DNA from: Candidatus Woodwardiibium gallinarum
Lineage (GTDB): Bacteria > Bacillota > Clostridia > Oscillospirales > CAG-382
Reading direction: 5' to 3'
Length of the DNA: 64,000 bases
Assembly (NCBI GenBank): GCA_904419545.1
Contig: CAJFRY010000003.1
Location: 30,230-94,229 of the forward strand
The first letter of the stretch is position 1, and each line of letters starts with the position of its first letter. Both the position numbers and the translations under genes were made by a program. The notes beneath the pieces were generated by a model. The model saw nothing but the letters and a program-made list of their open reading frames with translations, searched no databases and was not told the DNA's origin. This document shows, one piece after another, positions 19,107 through 29,998 of the stretch.

Positions 19107-20015
19107 ATGAAAAAGAAAGCGGTTTTCCGCGGTACGGCGACGGCGATTATTACACCGTTCCGAGACGATGCGATTGATTATGAGGCCTTTGGTGCGATTT
19201 TGGATAATCAAATCGCCTGCGGTGTTGACGCGATCGTGGTCTGCGGTACGACCGGAGAAGCGGCGACGCTGTCTGACCGGGAGCATCGTGAAATTGTGGA
19301 ATATACGGTGGATAAGGTTGCGCACCGCGTGCCGGTGATTGCGGGCACAGGCTCAAATGACTGCGCATACGCTATCGAGCTTTCGCGTCACGCGTGCAGC
19401 GCCGGCGCGGATGCGCTGCTGCATGTCACACCTTATTACAACAAGACTTCTCAGCGCGGTCTGGTACGTCATTTTGAAAAGATTGCCGATGCCTGTGATA
19501 AGCCGGTAATCCTGTACAACGTGCCATCGCGCACGGGGATGGCCATTTCACTGGAGGCATATAAGGCGCTGGCCGCACATCCAAACATTGTTGCAACCAA
19601 GGAGGCGAGCGGCAATCTCAGCTTCATTACCGAGCTGCTGGCCTGCTGCGGGGATGAATTGTATGTGTACAGCGGCAACGATGATCAGACAATTCCGCTG
19701 ATGTCCATCGGCGCTTCGGGGCTTATCAGCGTGCTTTCCAACGTGATGCCTGCCGAGGTGTCACGGATGACGCGTCGTTTTCTGGAAGGCGACTTAAAAG
19801 GGAGCGCTGCCGATCAGCTTCGGCTGATTGAGATTATGAATGCGATGTTTATGACCGTCAACCCCATTCCGGTCAAGACGGCGATGGCGATGCTGGGCGC
19901 CTGCTCAGTTGAAATGCGCCTGCCGTTGGCGGAAATGAGCGATTCGGAAAACGGAAAGCTTGCCGCCGTGCTCCGGAAATACGGTCTTTCGCCGAAAACG
20001 GAGGGATGGACATGA
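19107..20015 (+). CDS. dapA: 4-hydroxy-tetrahydrodipicolinate synthase
   Basis: DapA/NAL fold motifs (GTTGE, active-site lysine context IVATKEASGN). RBS AGGAGG. Confidence 0.9.
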   Translation: MKKKAVFRGTATAIITPFRDDAIDYEAFGAILDNQIACGVDAIVVCGTTGEAATLSDREHREIVEYTVDKVAHRVPVIAGTGSNDCAYAIELSRHACSAGADALLHVTPYYNKTSQRGLVRHFEKIADACDKPVILYNVPSRTGMAISLEAYKALAAHPNIVATKEASGNLSFITELLACCGDELYVYSGNDDQTIPLMSIGASGLISVLSNVMPAEVSRMTRRFLEGDLKGSAADQLRLIEIMNAMFMTVNPIPVKTAMAMLGACSVEMRLPLAEMSDSENGKLAAVLRKYGLSPKTEGWT

Positions 20016-20782
20016 CCAACGTGTTGATTTGCGGGATTCTCGGCCGGATGGGCAAGCAGCTTGTTGAGTCCGCCGCAGGCACCGACGTTCGCGTCTCCTG
20101 CGGGGTGGACATACAGGCGGGCGAACTATCCGGTATTCCGGTTTACGCTTCGTTTGATGCGGTTCGTGAGCGCGTCGATTGCATCATCGATTTTTCCAAC
20201 CACGCGCTGCTGCCCAAGATATTGGAGTATGCGCTGTCCAAGCGCCTTCCGGCGGTCATCGCGACCACGGGGCATACCGAAGCAGAACGCGCGTTGATGC
20301 GCGAGGCGGCAGAGCGCATTCCCGTATTTTCATCCGGCAATATGTCGCTGGGGATCAATGTCCTTATCTCTCTGGCGAAAAGTGCCGCGGCGGCGCTCGG
20401 GAACGATTTTGACATTGAAATTATTGAAATGCACCACAACCGCAAGCTGGACGCGCCGAGCGGTACCGCGCTGATGATTGCGGACGGAATCCGCGAGGTC
20501 CTGCCCTATGAACCGGAATATGTGTACGACCGTACGCAGCGCCGCTGTGAAAGAAGCCGTAATGAGATCGGTATCCATTCCGTCCGCGGCGGTACAATTG
20601 TCGGCGAACATGAAGTGATTTTTTCGGGTCGCGGCGAGGTGATTCGGATTTCCCATTCCGCACAGGGGCGCGAGTTGTTTGCTCAGGGTGCACTGGCGGC
20701 GGCCGAATATATCAAGAATAAGCAGAACGGATTTTATTCAATGAAGGAGCTGTTGGCGGATTCTGCCGTCGGAATGAAATAA
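20012..20782 (+). CDS. dapB: 4-hydroxy-tetrahydrodipicolinate reductase
   Basis: N-terminal Rossmann fold (ICGILGRMGKQL) and DapB C-terminal motifs (EIIEMHHNRKLDAPSGTA). It overlaps the dapA stop; an alternative start lies at 20006. Confidence 0.9.
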   Translation: MTNVLICGILGRMGKQLVESAAGTDVRVSCGVDIQAGELSGIPVYASFDAVRERVDCIIDFSNHALLPKILEYALSKRLPAVIATTGHTEAERALMREAAERIPVFSSGNMSLGINVLISLAKSAAAALGNDFDIEIIEMHHNRKLDAPSGTALMIADGIREVLPYEPEYVYDRTQRRCERSRNEIGIHSVRGGTIVGEHEVIFSGRGEVIRISHSAQGRELFAQGALAAAEYIKNKQNGFYSMKELLADSAVGMK

Positions 20783-20981
20783 GCGCGCTCTTTAGAATTG
20801 CAAAAAAACGAAAGATGAAGAGGGAAGGGATGTCCATACATACCTTCCCTAACTTTTATACGGCTTAATTTATTTTGCCGAAACCCTTTATTGCAACACG
20901 CCATAGCGCGGGCGGCTCTCTGCCTTGCCTGCAAGCGGCCAGGCGAAAATGAAACATCGAAAAAATATTCTTGCAAATATA

Positions 20982-21010
20982 TTGACAATCGCGGCCGAAT
21001 GTGGTATCCT
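20982..21010 (+). promoter_or_regulatory. promoter TTGACA-17-TGgTATCCT (extended -10) upstream of citrate synthase
   Basis: Hexamers read directly. The same unusual TGnTATCCT -10 recurs in the speA leader promoter. Confidence 0.35.
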
Positions 21011-21046
21011 ATAACACAGACAGTCCATAGATACACCGAAAGGCGG

Positions 21047-22435
21047 ATGCAGAGCTTGGAAAGAGAAAACGAATCAGCACTCAACGAGGCGCTGAAGCCG
21101 TATTGTGACGATTGCCGCAGGCAGCTCACAATCCCCGAGGACGCCTATAAGCAGTATGACATTAAGCGTGGCCTGCGCAATGCGGATGGAACCGGTGTGC
21201 TCGCCGGTGTCACACGCATCTGTAATGTGCATGGTTATATATTGGAGGACTCCCAGCGTCGCCCGACAGAGGGCAGGCTGTTTTACCGCGGTATTGATAT
21301 CCGTGATATCATAGAAGGCTGCACTGCGGAGGATCGCTTTGGGTTTGAGGAAGTCGTGTGGCTGCTGCTGTTCGGCTATCTGCCGACAGCCGAACAACTT
21401 TCCGGATTTACCCGCCTTCTCGAGCAGCACCGCGAGCTGCCCGAGGGCTTTATAGAGGATATGATCATCAAGGCGCCGTCTCCGAATATTATGAACAAGC
21501 TGGCCAGAAGCGTGCTGGCGCTGTACAGCTACGACGAGCTGGCGGAGGACATGTCGCTGGAAAATATCGTTCGCCAGTCCATTGAACTCATTGCGCGCGT
21601 TTCGACAATTATGGTCAATGCCTATCAGGTAAAAAAGCGCTATTACGATCATGAAAGTCTGTTTTTCCATTCGCCGATCGATGGGATGTCGTTTTCAGAG
21701 AATATTCTCTCCACTTTGCGATTTGACCGGCAGTTTACGCGCGAGGAAGCCAAGCTGCTGGACATCTGCCTGATTCTTCACGCCGAGCATGGCGGCGGCA
21801 ACAATTCCACGTTCGCCTGCCGCGTGCTTTCTTCTTCCGGTACGGATACATATGCGGCTATTTCTGCGGCCATCGGCGGCCTGAAGGGGCCTCGCCATGG
21901 CGGCGCGAACATCAAGGTGATGCAGATGCTCGAAGGGATGAAGACCGCCATTCGGGACAGCGGCGACGATGAGGAAATCACTGCATATCTGAAAAAACTG
22001 ATTGCCGGCGAAGCGGGCGACCGCTCGGGCCTGATCTATGGAATGGGGCATGCGGTGTATACCAAATCCGACCCGCGCGCCCGCATCCTCAAGGCAAATG
22101 CGGAGGGGATGGCGATTCGCAGCGGCTTTGAAGAGGAGTTCCGCCTCCTGGCTTCCGTCGAGCGTCTCGCGCCTGCGCTGCTGGGCGCCAAAAAAGGCGG
22201 CATAGACGCCGTCTGCGCCAATGTAGACCTCTATTCGGGGCTGGTTTATAAGATGCTGGGCATTCCTGACGAGCTGTTCACGCCGCTGTTCGCGGTTGCA
22301 CGGATGGCAGGCTGGTGCGCACACCGCATCGAAGAGGTGATGACCTGCCGCCGTATTGTACGCCCCGCATATAAAACGATACAGGAGCCTGCGTCGTATG
22401 TTCCGCTGAGCGAGCGGAAGGGCAAGGGCGACTGA
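21047..22435 (+). CDS. citrate synthase
   Basis: Citrate synthase signatures (LILHAEHGGGNNSTF, GYGHAVYT-like GMGHAVYT). The start was reset to the ATG at 21047 (MQSLEREN) with an upstream RBS. Confidence 0.85.
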   Translation: MQSLERENESALNEALKPYCDDCRRQLTIPEDAYKQYDIKRGLRNADGTGVLAGVTRICNVHGYILEDSQRRPTEGRLFYRGIDIRDIIEGCTAEDRFGFEEVVWLLLFGYLPTAEQLSGFTRLLEQHRELPEGFIEDMIIKAPSPNIMNKLARSVLALYSYDELAEDMSLENIVRQSIELIARVSTIMVNAYQVKKRYYDHESLFFHSPIDGMSFSENILSTLRFDRQFTREEAKLLDICLILHAEHGGGNNSTFACRVLSSSGTDTYAAISAAIGGLKGPRHGGANIKVMQMLEGMKTAIRDSGDDEEITAYLKKLIAGEAGDRSGLIYGMGHAVYTKSDPRARILKANAEGMAIRSGFEEEFRLLASVERLAPALLGAKKGGIDAVCANVDLYSGLVYKMLGIPDELFTPLFAVARMAGWCAHRIEEVMTCRRIVRPAYKTIQEPASYVPLSERKGKGD

Positions 22436-22464
22436 AAGAAGAAACGGAAAGGAACGGGATACCA

Positions 22465-24402
22465 ATGGGAATGACAATTGCACAGAAGATCATCGCCGCA
22501 CATCTTGTCAGCGGCGAGATGACGCCGGGAAACGAGATTGCGCTGAAGATCGACCAAACCCTTACACAGGACGCAACGGGCACGATGGCCTATCTCCAGT
22601 TTGAAGCAATGGGAATCGAACGCGTCAAGACCGAGCTTTCGGTGGCGTACATAGATCACAACACGCTTCAGAACGGCTTCGAGAACGCTGACGACCATCG
22701 CTATATCCAGACCGTTGCCAAAAAGTACGGCCTGCGCTTTTCGCGCCCGGGCAACGGCATCTGCCATCAGGTGCATCTCGAACGCTTCGGAATCCCCGGG
22801 AAGACACTCATCGGGTCGGACAGCCATACCCCGACCGGCGGCGGTATCGGGATGCTTGCCTTCGGCGCCGGCGGCTTGGACGTCGCTGTGGCGATGGGCG
22901 GCGGTGCGTACTGTATTGAGATGCCGCGTATTCTCCGCGTCAATCTCACCGGCAAGCTCTCGCCCTGGGTTTCGGCCAAGGATGTGATCCTTGAGCTGCT
23001 GCGCCGTTTGTCTGTTAAGGGCGGCGTCGGGAAAATCATTGAATACGGCGGCGAGGGCGCAGCCACACTTTCGGTTCCCGAGCGCGCGACCATCACGAAT
23101 ATGGGCGCCGAACTGGGCGCCACCACGTCGGTGTTCCCGGCGGATGAGGTCACGCGCGCGTTTATGAAGGCACAGGGCAGGGAAGCCGACTTCATTTCCG
23201 TTACCGCCGACGCGGACGCCGTGTATGACGAAGTGCTGGAGCTTGACCTTTCAGCGCTTAAGCCGCTTGCGGCCTGTCCGCATTCGCCTGACAACGTAAA
23301 AGCAGTTGCGGAGATCGGGCCGCTCAAGATCGATCAGGTCTGCATCGGCTCCTGCACCAATTCGTCGTATGTGGACATGATGAAGGTGGCCGCCATTCTT
23401 AAGGGGAAAACCGTCGCGCCGAACGTTTCGCTCGCCGTCGCCCCGGGTTCCAAGCAGGTATTCAATATGCTTGCCGCCAACGGCGCGCTGGCGGATATTA
23501 TTGCAGCCGGCGCGCGTGTTTTGGAGTGCGCCTGCGGGCCATGCATCGGTATGGGCCAGTCTCCTAACTCGGCCGGCGTCTCGCTGCGGACCTTCAACCG
23601 CAACTTTACCGGACGCAGCGGCACCAAGGACGCCGGCGTTTACCTTGTCAGCCCGGAGGTCGCCGCTGTCAGTGCTCTCAGCGGTGTTCTGACTGATCCG
23701 ACTACCTGCGGCGACTGCCCGCAGATTGAACTGCCAGAGGCGTTTCTGGTCAATGACAATATGATTATCCTGCCCGCTTCACCCGAGGAGGCGTCTTCGC
23801 TTACGGTCGAGCGCGGACCGAATATCAAGCCCTTCCCGCTGTCGGAGAAACTGCCGGAGTCGATTGAGAAAACCTGTATCCTCAAAGTGGGCGACAACAT
23901 TACCACCGACCACATCATGCCTGCGGGCAGCAAGATCCTTCCCTACCGTTCGAATATCCCGTATCTTTCTAAATTCTGCTTCGCGGTCTGTGATGAGAGC
24001 TTTCCTGAGCGCGCGAAGGAGGCGGGCGGCGGTATCGTCGTCGGCGGATCGAACTACGGTCAGGGCTCTTCACGCGAGCATGCCGCGCTCGTTCCGCTCT
24101 ATCTGGGCGTGAAGGCCGTTGTCGTCAAGAGCTTCGCGCGTATCCATAAGGCGAATCTGATCAATTCCGGCATTCTGCCGCTTGTATTTGCCGAACCGGC
24201 GGATTACGACGACATCGATCAGGGCGATGTGCTCGTGATGCCCAACGTCCGCGAAGAGATTGCTGCCGGAGGCGATGTGACGATGGTAAATAAATCGAAA
24301 GACCGTACCTATAAGCTGTCCTGCGAGTGCTCTGCACGGCAGCGTGAAATGCTGCTGTACGGCGGTCTCATCAATATGATGAAGGAGAAGAACAATGGCT
24401 AA
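22465..24402 (+). CDS. aconitate hydratase (645-aa mitochondrial-like type)
   Basis: Aconitase Fe-S cluster ligand regions ([18 protein letters not shown]) and a swivel domain ([16 protein letters not shown]). Confidence 0.85.
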   Translation: MGMTIAQKIIAAHLVSGEMTPGNEIALKIDQTLTQDATGTMAYLQFEAMGIERVKTELSVAYIDHNTLQNGFENADDHRYIQTVAKKYGLRFSRPGNGICHQVHLERFGIPGKTLIGSDSHTPTGGGIGMLAFGAGGLDVAVAMGGGAYCIEMPRILRVNLTGKLSPWVSAKDVILELLRRLSVKGGVGKIIEYGGEGAATLSVPERATITNMGAELGATTSVFPADEVTRAFMKAQGREADFISVTADADAVYDEVLELDLSALKPLAACPHSPDNVKAVAEIGPLKIDQVCIGSCTNSSYVDMMKVAAILKGKTVAPNVSLAVAPGSKQVFNMLAANGALADIIAAGARVLECACGPCIGMGQSPNSAGVSLRTFNRNFTGRSGTKDAGVYLVSPEVAAVSALSGVLTDPTTCGDCPQIELPEAFLVNDNMIILPASPEEASSLTVERGPNIKPFPLSEKLPESIEKTCILKVGDNITTDHIMPAGSKILPYRSNIPYLSKFCFAVCDESFPERAKEAGGGIVVGGSNYGQGSSREHAALVPLYLGVKAVVVKSFARIHKANLINSGILPLVFAEPADYDDIDQGDVLVMPNVREEIAAGGDVTMVNKSKDRTYKLSCECSARQREMLLYGGLINMMKEKNNG

Positions 24403-25606
24403 AATTCAAATGAAAACGCCGCTTGTAGAGATGGACGGCGATGAAATGACCCGCATCATCTGGAAAATGATCAAGGAGCAACTTCTTTTTCCGTATATCG
24501 ACCTGAAAACCGAGTATTATGACCTCGGACTGGAAAACCGTGACAGGACCGACGACCGCGTCACCGTCGAGTCGGCGGAAGCGACGAAAAAGTATGGCGT
24601 CGCCGTTAAGTGCGCCACCATCACGCCGAATGCGCAGCGCGTGGAAGAATATAAGCTCAAGGAGATGTGGAAGAGCCCCAACGGCACCATCCGTGCAATC
24701 CTGGACGGCACCGTGTTCCGTGCGCCGATCCTTGTCCGCGGCATCGAGCCGTTTGTCTCCACCTGGAAAAAGCCGATCACCATTGCCAGACACGCGTATG
24801 GCGACGTCTATAAGGCTTCGGAGACGGTTGCCCCGAAGGGTGCGCGCGCCGAGATTGTCGTCACGGATGAAAATGGCACGGAGATGCGCACGCTTATCCA
24901 CGATTTTGCCTCCGGCGCGGGCATCGTACAGGGGATGCACAATATCGACGGGAGCATCGAAAGCTTCGCGCGGAGCTGCTTCAACTATGCGCTGTCTACC
25001 GGGCAGGACCTTTGGTTTGCGACCAAGGACACCATTTCCAAGAAGTACGATCACCGCTTCAAGGACATTTTTGCCGAGATTTACGAAGCGGAATATAAAG
25101 CGAAATTTAAGGAAAAGGGCATCGAGTATTTCTATACGCTCATCGACGATGCGGTTGCCCGCGTCATCCGCTCGGAGGGCGGTTTCATCTGGGCGTGCAA
25201 GAACTACGACGGCGACGTGATGAGCGATATGGTCGCCACTGCCTTCGGCTCGCTTGCAATGATGACGAGCGTGCTCGTCTCGCCCGACGGTATTTACGAG
25301 TATGAAGCAGCGCATGGCACCGTCCAGCGTCACTATTATGCGCACCTGAAGGGACAGCAGACCTCCACCAACTCGATGGCCACGCTCTTCGCGTGGACGG
25401 GCGCACTGCGCAAGCGCGGCGAGCTGGACGGGATTGAGGAGCTGTCCGCGTTTGCCGATAAGCTGGAGACGGCCGCCATCCGTACCATTGAGGACGGCGT
25501 GATGACAAAAGACCTCTTCCTGCTTTCCAAGGCGGAGAACAAGCGCGCGGTCGATACCGAGGCGTTCATCCTCGCCGTACGGGACAATCTGGAAAAATTG
25601 CTCTGA
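24395..25606 (+). CDS. icd: NADP-dependent isocitrate dehydrogenase (dimeric IDH1-like, 403 aa)
   Basis: N-terminus [23 protein letters not shown] and the eukaryotic-type IDH core. It overlaps the aconitase stop by 8 nt. Confidence 0.9.
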   Translation: MAKIQMKTPLVEMDGDEMTRIIWKMIKEQLLFPYIDLKTEYYDLGLENRDRTDDRVTVESAEATKKYGVAVKCATITPNAQRVEEYKLKEMWKSPNGTIRAILDGTVFRAPILVRGIEPFVSTWKKPITIARHAYGDVYKASETVAPKGARAEIVVTDENGTEMRTLIHDFASGAGIVQGMHNIDGSIESFARSCFNYALSTGQDLWFATKDTISKKYDHRFKDIFAEIYEAEYKAKFKEKGIEYFYTLIDDAVARVIRSEGGFIWACKNYDGDVMSDMVATAFGSLAMMTSVLVSPDGIYEYEAAHGTVQRHYYAHLKGQQTSTNSMATLFAWTGALRKRGELDGIEELSAFADKLETAAIRTIEDGVMTKDLFLLSKAENKRAVDTEAFILAVRDNLEKLL

Positions 25607-25611
25607 GCAAA

Positions 25612-25656
25612 AAACGGCGGCGCCGCTTCCCGGAAAGCGGCGCCGTGACCTTTTTG
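25612..25656. terminator. terminator after the TCA-branch operon
   Basis: 10-bp GC stem CGGCGCCGCT/AGCGGCGCCG followed by TTTTT. Confidence 0.5.
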
Positions 25657-25673
25657 GAAAGAGGGGGGAGAGT

Positions 25674-26384
25674 ATGCAATGGAATCCGTGGCACGGCTGC
25701 CGGAAGTATTCCGAAGGCTGCCTGCATTGCTATGTGTACCGGACCGACGCGCAGTATGGGCGTGATGCGGGCTGCGTTGTGAAAACAGCCGAGTTCGATA
25801 AGCCGCTGCGGAAAAAGCGGGACGGCTCTTTTTTGCTTGTCGGAGATGAGCCGGTGTATACCTGCTTTTCCTCCGATTTCTTTCTGGAGGAAGCCGACGG
25901 CTGGCGGCCGGACGCGTGGCGGATGATACGTTCGCGGTCCGATCTCTCGTTTTTCATCGTCACCAAGCGCATCCTCCGCTTCGCCGAAGCGATACCGTCG
26001 GACTGGGGCGACGGGTATGAGAACGTGACGATCTGCTGTACTGTCGAGAACCGCCGCCGCGCGGCAGAGCGTCTGCCGTATTTCCTTTCACTGCCGATTC
26101 TGCACAAGCAGATCATCTGTGAGCCGCTGTTGGAACGCATCAATCTTCTGCCCTGGCTCGGCCCGCAGATCGAGCAGGTGCTCGTCGGCGGGGAATCCGG
26201 CCCGGAGGCGCGCGTGTGCGACTACGATTGGGTGCTTGATCTCCGCGCGCAGTGTCGAGAACGGAGTGTAGCGTTTTGCTTCCGTCAGACAGGCGCCAGT
26301 TTCCGCAAGGACGGACGGGTGTATGCCATAGAGCGCCGCGAACAGCACCGGCAGGCGACAAAAGCGAATATTGATATAAAATAA
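25674..26384 (+). CDS. DUF5131 / phage Gp37-Gp68 family three-Cys-motif protein
   Basis: N-terminal WNPWHGC...EGCLHC (a CX6CX2C spacing, reminiscent of radical-SAM-like proteins) is characteristic of PF07505. The gene is monocistronic and flanked by terminators. Confidence 0.7.
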   Translation: MQWNPWHGCRKYSEGCLHCYVYRTDAQYGRDAGCVVKTAEFDKPLRKKRDGSFLLVGDEPVYTCFSSDFFLEEADGWRPDAWRMIRSRSDLSFFIVTKRILRFAEAIPSDWGDGYENVTICCTVENRRRAAERLPYFLSLPILHKQIICEPLLERINLLPWLGPQIEQVLVGGESGPEARVCDYDWVLDLRAQCRERSVAFCFRQTGASFRKDGRVYAIERREQHRQATKANIDIK

Positions 26385-26465
26385 AGCCCCTCTGCATAAA
26401 ATGAAGCATCATTCTATGCAGAGGAGCTGTTTTGTATGAGACGGAACAGGGAACAGGAACCGATT

Positions 26466-26969
26466 ATGAATGTCTATTCACCGCCGAGCGAGCCGTCTGT
26501 CCGCACGGCTGAACCGGATTTTGTGCCGCACTCACGTTCGGTGCCGCCCCGCACCGGCAGGGCGGACCGTCTTGCGTTCGCACAGCTTGCCGCGCAGGGT
26601 GAGCAGATCGGAACGGGCGCACAGCTTCGGCCCGTTCTTATTTCCCGCAATCCGGCAGACTTTGTCAGAACCGACAACTCCGGCGTACTGACGCTTGCCG
26701 GCGGCGTGTATTTCGTTACCTTTTCTCTGTCGGGACGAGGCGGCGCGGACAGTGTGTACTTCGAACTTCTGCCGTATGACGGTGAAACACCGCTTTCCTT
26801 TGCCCGCCAGCGCAACGGCCTTGTGCCGCCGCACGCATTCGGACTTTTGACGCATAGCTTTCTGTTCGAGCCGCGGAACGAAGCGTCGCTGTACTTTGTG
26901 CCGTCTGTGGATGACGGGGCGCCGTTTATCGATTACGTGTTTTCGCTTACCTTGGTGCGCCTTCGTTGA
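26466..26969 (+). CDS. hypothetical protein, possible C1q/TNF-like beta-sandwich C-terminal domain
   Basis: The start was set at MNVYSPP, because the ORF-track start at 26436 lies inside a terminator hairpin. The C-terminal motif GGVYFVTFSL resembles the C1q/BclA-CTD fold; this is speculative. Confidence 0.4.
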   Translation: MNVYSPPSEPSVRTAEPDFVPHSRSVPPRTGRADRLAFAQLAAQGEQIGTGAQLRPVLISRNPADFVRTDNSGVLTLAGGVYFVTFSLSGRGGADSVYFELLPYDGETPLSFARQRNGLVPPHAFGLLTHSFLFEPRNEASLYFVPSVDDGAPFIDYVFSLTLVRLR

Positions 26970-26974
26970 ACGAG

Positions 26975-28333
26975 TCAGTTTTTCAGCGAATGGATGGGGG
27001 CGGGTACGCGGCCGCCGCGTCGGATGAAGGCGGCGGGAGAGACGTTGTTGACCGGCATCACCGGCGCTTCGCCCAGCAGGCCGCCGAACGAAAGCCGGTC
27101 GCCCGCCCGCTTTCCGACAGCGGGGATGATGCGCACCGCCGTCGTCTTTGTATTGGCCACACCGATGGCGATTTCATCGGCAATGATGCCGGAGATCACG
27201 GCTTCGTCCGTGTCGCCGGGTATAGCGATCATGTCCAGCCCGACCGAGCAGACCGCCGTCATCGCTTCCAGCTTTTCCAGCCGGAGTACGCCGGCGTTCA
27301 CTGCGGCGATCATTCCCTCATCTTCCGACACGGGAATGAACGCGCCCGACAATCCGCCCACGGAGGATGATGCCATCACGCCGCCTTTCTTGACCGCGTC
27401 GTTGAGGAGCGCCAGAGCCGCTGTCGTGCCGTATCCGCCGCAGGTGCCGACGCCCATCGATTCGATGATGCGCGCCACCGAGTCGCCGACGGCGGGCGTA
27501 GGAGCGAGCGAAAGGTCGACGATGCCGAAATCCGCTCCCAGACGGCGCGATGCTTCGCGTGCGACGAGCTGTCCTACGCGGGTAATTTTGAAGGCAGTGC
27601 GCTTAATGGTTTCCGCCAGCTCGGTCAGGTCGCAGTCACCTGCTGCGGTGATGGCGCTGCGCACCACCCCGGGACCGGAGACGCCGACGTTGATGACACG
27701 GTCGCTTTCGCTCACGCCGTGGAACGCGCCGGCCATAAACGGATTGTCTTCCGGCGCGTTGGCGAACACGACCAGCTTCGCGCAGCCGATGCAGTCCCGC
27801 TCCGCGGTCAACGCCGCGGCTTTTTTTATAATCCCACCCATTGCGCCGACGGCGTCCATATTGATGCCCGCCTTGGTGGAGGCGACGTTGACCGACGAGC
27901 AGACCCGTTCGGTCTCGGCGAGCGCCTGCGGGATGGCGGCGATGAGCGCACGGTCGGCCGGCGTTGCGCCCTTCTGTACCAGTGCCGAAAAGCCGCCGAT
28001 AAAGTTCACGCCTGTCGCATCGGCGGCACGGTCGAGCGCACGCGCGGCTTTCAGCATCCCGTCTCCGCGCAGCGCGCCGCCTGCAACGGCGATAGGTGTG
28101 ACGGATATGCGCTTATTGACGATGGGGATGCCCAGTTCTTTTTCGATTTCCTCGCCGACCGGAACGAGCCGTTCAGCGCTCTTGGTGATTTTGTCATAGA
28201 TGCGCGACGCAAAAACGTCCGCGTCATCGGCAGCGCAGTCGAGCAGTGAAATGCCCATCGTGATCGTGCGTATATCCAGGTGATCGGTGTGGATCATCCG
28301 TATCGTTTCGAGAATGTCGTTTGTGTTCAGCAC
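26975..28333 (-). CDS. UPF0210 (DUF711, PFL-like) family protein
   Basis: Full-length match to the conserved roughly 450-aa UPF0210 architecture. It is downstream of, and co-oriented with, the UPF0237 ACT gene. Confidence 0.8.
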   Translation of the reverse strand: MLNTNDILETIRMIHTDHLDIRTITMGISLLDCAADDADVFASRIYDKITKSAERLVPVGEEIEKELGIPIVNKRISVTPIAVAGGALRGDGMLKAARALDRAADATGVNFIGGFSALVQKGATPADRALIAAIPQALAETERVCSSVNVASTKAGINMDAVGAMGGIIKKAAALTAERDCIGCAKLVVFANAPEDNPFMAGAFHGVSESDRVINVGVSGPGVVRSAITAAGDCDLTELAETIKRTAFKITRVGQLVAREASRRLGADFGIVDLSLAPTPAVGDSVARIIESMGVGTCGGYGTTAALALLNDAVKKGGVMASSSVGGLSGAFIPVSEDEGMIAAVNAGVLRLEKLEAMTAVCSVGLDMIAIPGDTDEAVISGIIADEIAIGVANTKTTAVRIIPAVGKRAGDRLSFGGLLGEAPVMPVNNVSPAAFIRRGGRVPAPIHSLKN

Positions 28334-28347
28334 ACTGCGGCCTCCTT

Positions 28348-28617
28348 TTATATTCTGTGCATCGAGTTGAAGATGTTCTCGTGCATCGTGTCGATGCGCA
28401 GTCCGTTGTCTTTTCCGAGCTGCGACAGCTTATCGACAAAGGCCCCGAACGTGACGGTCAGCTCGCTGACGTCCACAAGCATAATCATTGCGAAGTATTC
28501 GCTCAGAACGCTTTGGGAAATGTCCACAATGTTCCCGCCGTATTTGGTGCATTCGGCTGAGACCTTGGCAATGATGCCCTTGCTGTCTCTGCCCGTAACC
28601 GTAATAACTGCTTTCAT
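28348..28617 (-). CDS. ACT domain protein (UPF0237)
   Basis: An 89-aa ACT fold ([18 protein letters not shown]). The start was reset to the ATG at 28617, preceded by GGAGGG. It is the canonical partner of UPF0210. Confidence 0.75.
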   Translation of the reverse strand: MKAVITVTGRDSKGIIAKVSAECTKYGGNIVDISQSVLSEYFAMIMLVDVSELTVTFGAFVDKLSQLGKDNGLRIDTMHENIFNSMHRI

Positions 28618-28681
28618 ATCCGCCCTCCGAAACTTTTTTTCCATTATATATCATAAACGCGACTTTTGCAAGAGGATTGTG

Positions 28682-28710
28682 TTGACATCGGCTGTAAAAG
28701 CAAGTATAAT
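28682..28710 (+). promoter_or_regulatory. perfect consensus promoter TTGACA-17-TATAAT for the Eis-like GNAT gene, followed by the palindrome GCGTATCCGCGGATGCGC
   Basis: Hexamers and spacing read directly. The 10-bp perfect palindrome ATCCGCGGAT at about +10 to +30 is operator-like. Confidence 0.5.
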
Positions 28711-28762
28711 TTCGGTATAAGCGTATCCGCGGATGCGCAGGACTGAAAAAGGAGAATGACAT

Positions 28763-29920
28763 ATGCTGATTCGAGAATTGAGGGACGACGAGCTGTACAA
28801 AAGCGCCAAGCTGTCCTCGCTGGCCTTTTCCTATGCCGTGAATATTGAGGAAAAAAAGAAGGAAGGCCTTAAGGAGCATACCTACGGTGCGTTTCTGGAC
28901 GACGGCGAGACGTTGATCGCACAGGTCGTTGCCATTTGCTATGCATCGTATCATAACGGCGTATCGGTCGGCGCGCTCGGTATTGCCGGCGTCGCATCCT
29001 CGCCGGAGCATCGCCGGGCCGGGGCTGTCCGCGCGATTTTCAACCATTTGTTTTCCATAGCGGGCGAAAAGGGCTGGGAACTGAGCTATCTGTATCCGTT
29101 TTCTTTCCGTTATTACCGTAAATTCGGTTACGAGCGTGCCGTTCGCCACCGCACGCTGACCGTCGCGCTCCCGGCGCTGAACGGCATCCCGCGGAACTGC
29201 GGCGCAACGCTTATGGAAGGCGACGCCAGCCTGCCTGAGCTGCTGACGCTTTACAATCGCTTTGCGCAGCGTTATAACGCTTGCTTTGCACGAAAGGACG
29301 ACAAATATTTTCCGCTCGACCCTTATGGGACGCAGACATACTTCTACCTCTGGCGGAATGCCTCCGGCGAAGCGCGGGGCTATTTCAAGGCCAAGCCGAA
29401 CGGGCGAACGCTCGACGTACCGGAACTGGTATATCTTGACCGCGAATCATTACTCGGCCTGCTCGGCTTCCTGCGGATGTTTGAAGGGCAGTTCGACAGC
29501 GTCTGCTTCAATCGGCTGGAACAGGGCTCGCCGGTCGAGCTGGTCATCGACTGCGACCGCAGCACCTCCTTCGGCGCTTATGACGGTGCGATGGGCCGCG
29601 TGCTCGACGTCTCGGCCTGCCTGTGCCGGATGCGCGCCGAATCCGGCGAAACGCTGACGCTGCGCATCACGGACGAAGCCTGCCCGAAGAACACCGGCAT
29701 TTACCTTCTTCGCTTTACGGACGGGGAAACGACGGTGGAAAAACGTTGCGACGGCGATGTCGACGCGAGCTTAACAATCAACGCTTTTTCGCTGCTCGCG
29801 CTTGCGGGCGCTTCTGATGCCGAGCTGGATTATGTTGACGGGCTGACGATTTACGGCAAGCGCGCACTGCTTGCGAAGCTGTTTGCACGCCGCCCGGTCA
29901 ACCTTTTTGAAGAATTTTAA
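28763..29920 (+). CDS. GNAT acetyltransferase with a C-terminal SCP2-like domain (Eis-like)
   Basis: GNAT core (ALGIAGVASSPEHRRAGAVRAIF) plus a roughly 130-aa sterol-carrier-like C-terminal region. Confidence 0.65.
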   Translation: MLIRELRDDELYKSAKLSSLAFSYAVNIEEKKKEGLKEHTYGAFLDDGETLIAQVVAICYASYHNGVSVGALGIAGVASSPEHRRAGAVRAIFNHLFSIAGEKGWELSYLYPFSFRYYRKFGYERAVRHRTLTVALPALNGIPRNCGATLMEGDASLPELLTLYNRFAQRYNACFARKDDKYFPLDPYGTQTYFYLWRNASGEARGYFKAKPNGRTLDVPELVYLDRESLLGLLGFLRMFEGQFDSVCFNRLEQGSPVELVIDCDRSTSFGAYDGAMGRVLDVSACLCRMRAESGETLTLRITDEACPKNTGIYLLRFTDGETTVEKRCDGDVDASLTINAFSLLALAGASDAELDYVDGLTIYGKRALLAKLFARRPVNLFEEF

Positions 29921-29940
29921 AAAAATATTGCCCCGGCCCC

Positions 29941-29969
29941 TTGACAATCACGTGACCATATGATATAAT
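29941..29969 (+). promoter_or_regulatory. perfect consensus promoter TTGACA-17-TGaTATAAT
   Basis: Read directly. It lies upstream of the MerR-like/NfeD/flotillin gene string. Confidence 0.55.
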
Positions 29970-29998
29970 CAAATCACGATGAATGAGGGGGTGGGATC

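Noticed and set aside
18844-19110. 88-aa ORF upstream of dapA
   Set aside because: It lies entirely within the lysine riboswitch and terminator and is a spurious ORF.
24371-25345. 324-aa minus-strand ORF opposite icd; also 21695..22483 and 21074..21670 opposite citrate synthase, 31779..32834 opposite flotillin, 34108..35037 opposite MATE, 16207..16983 opposite murC
   Set aside because: All are antisense shadows of strongly supported genes.
26994-28199. 401-aa plus-strand ORF (Ala/Ser/Pro/Thr-rich)
   Set aside because: It is an antisense shadow of the well-supported UPF0210 gene.
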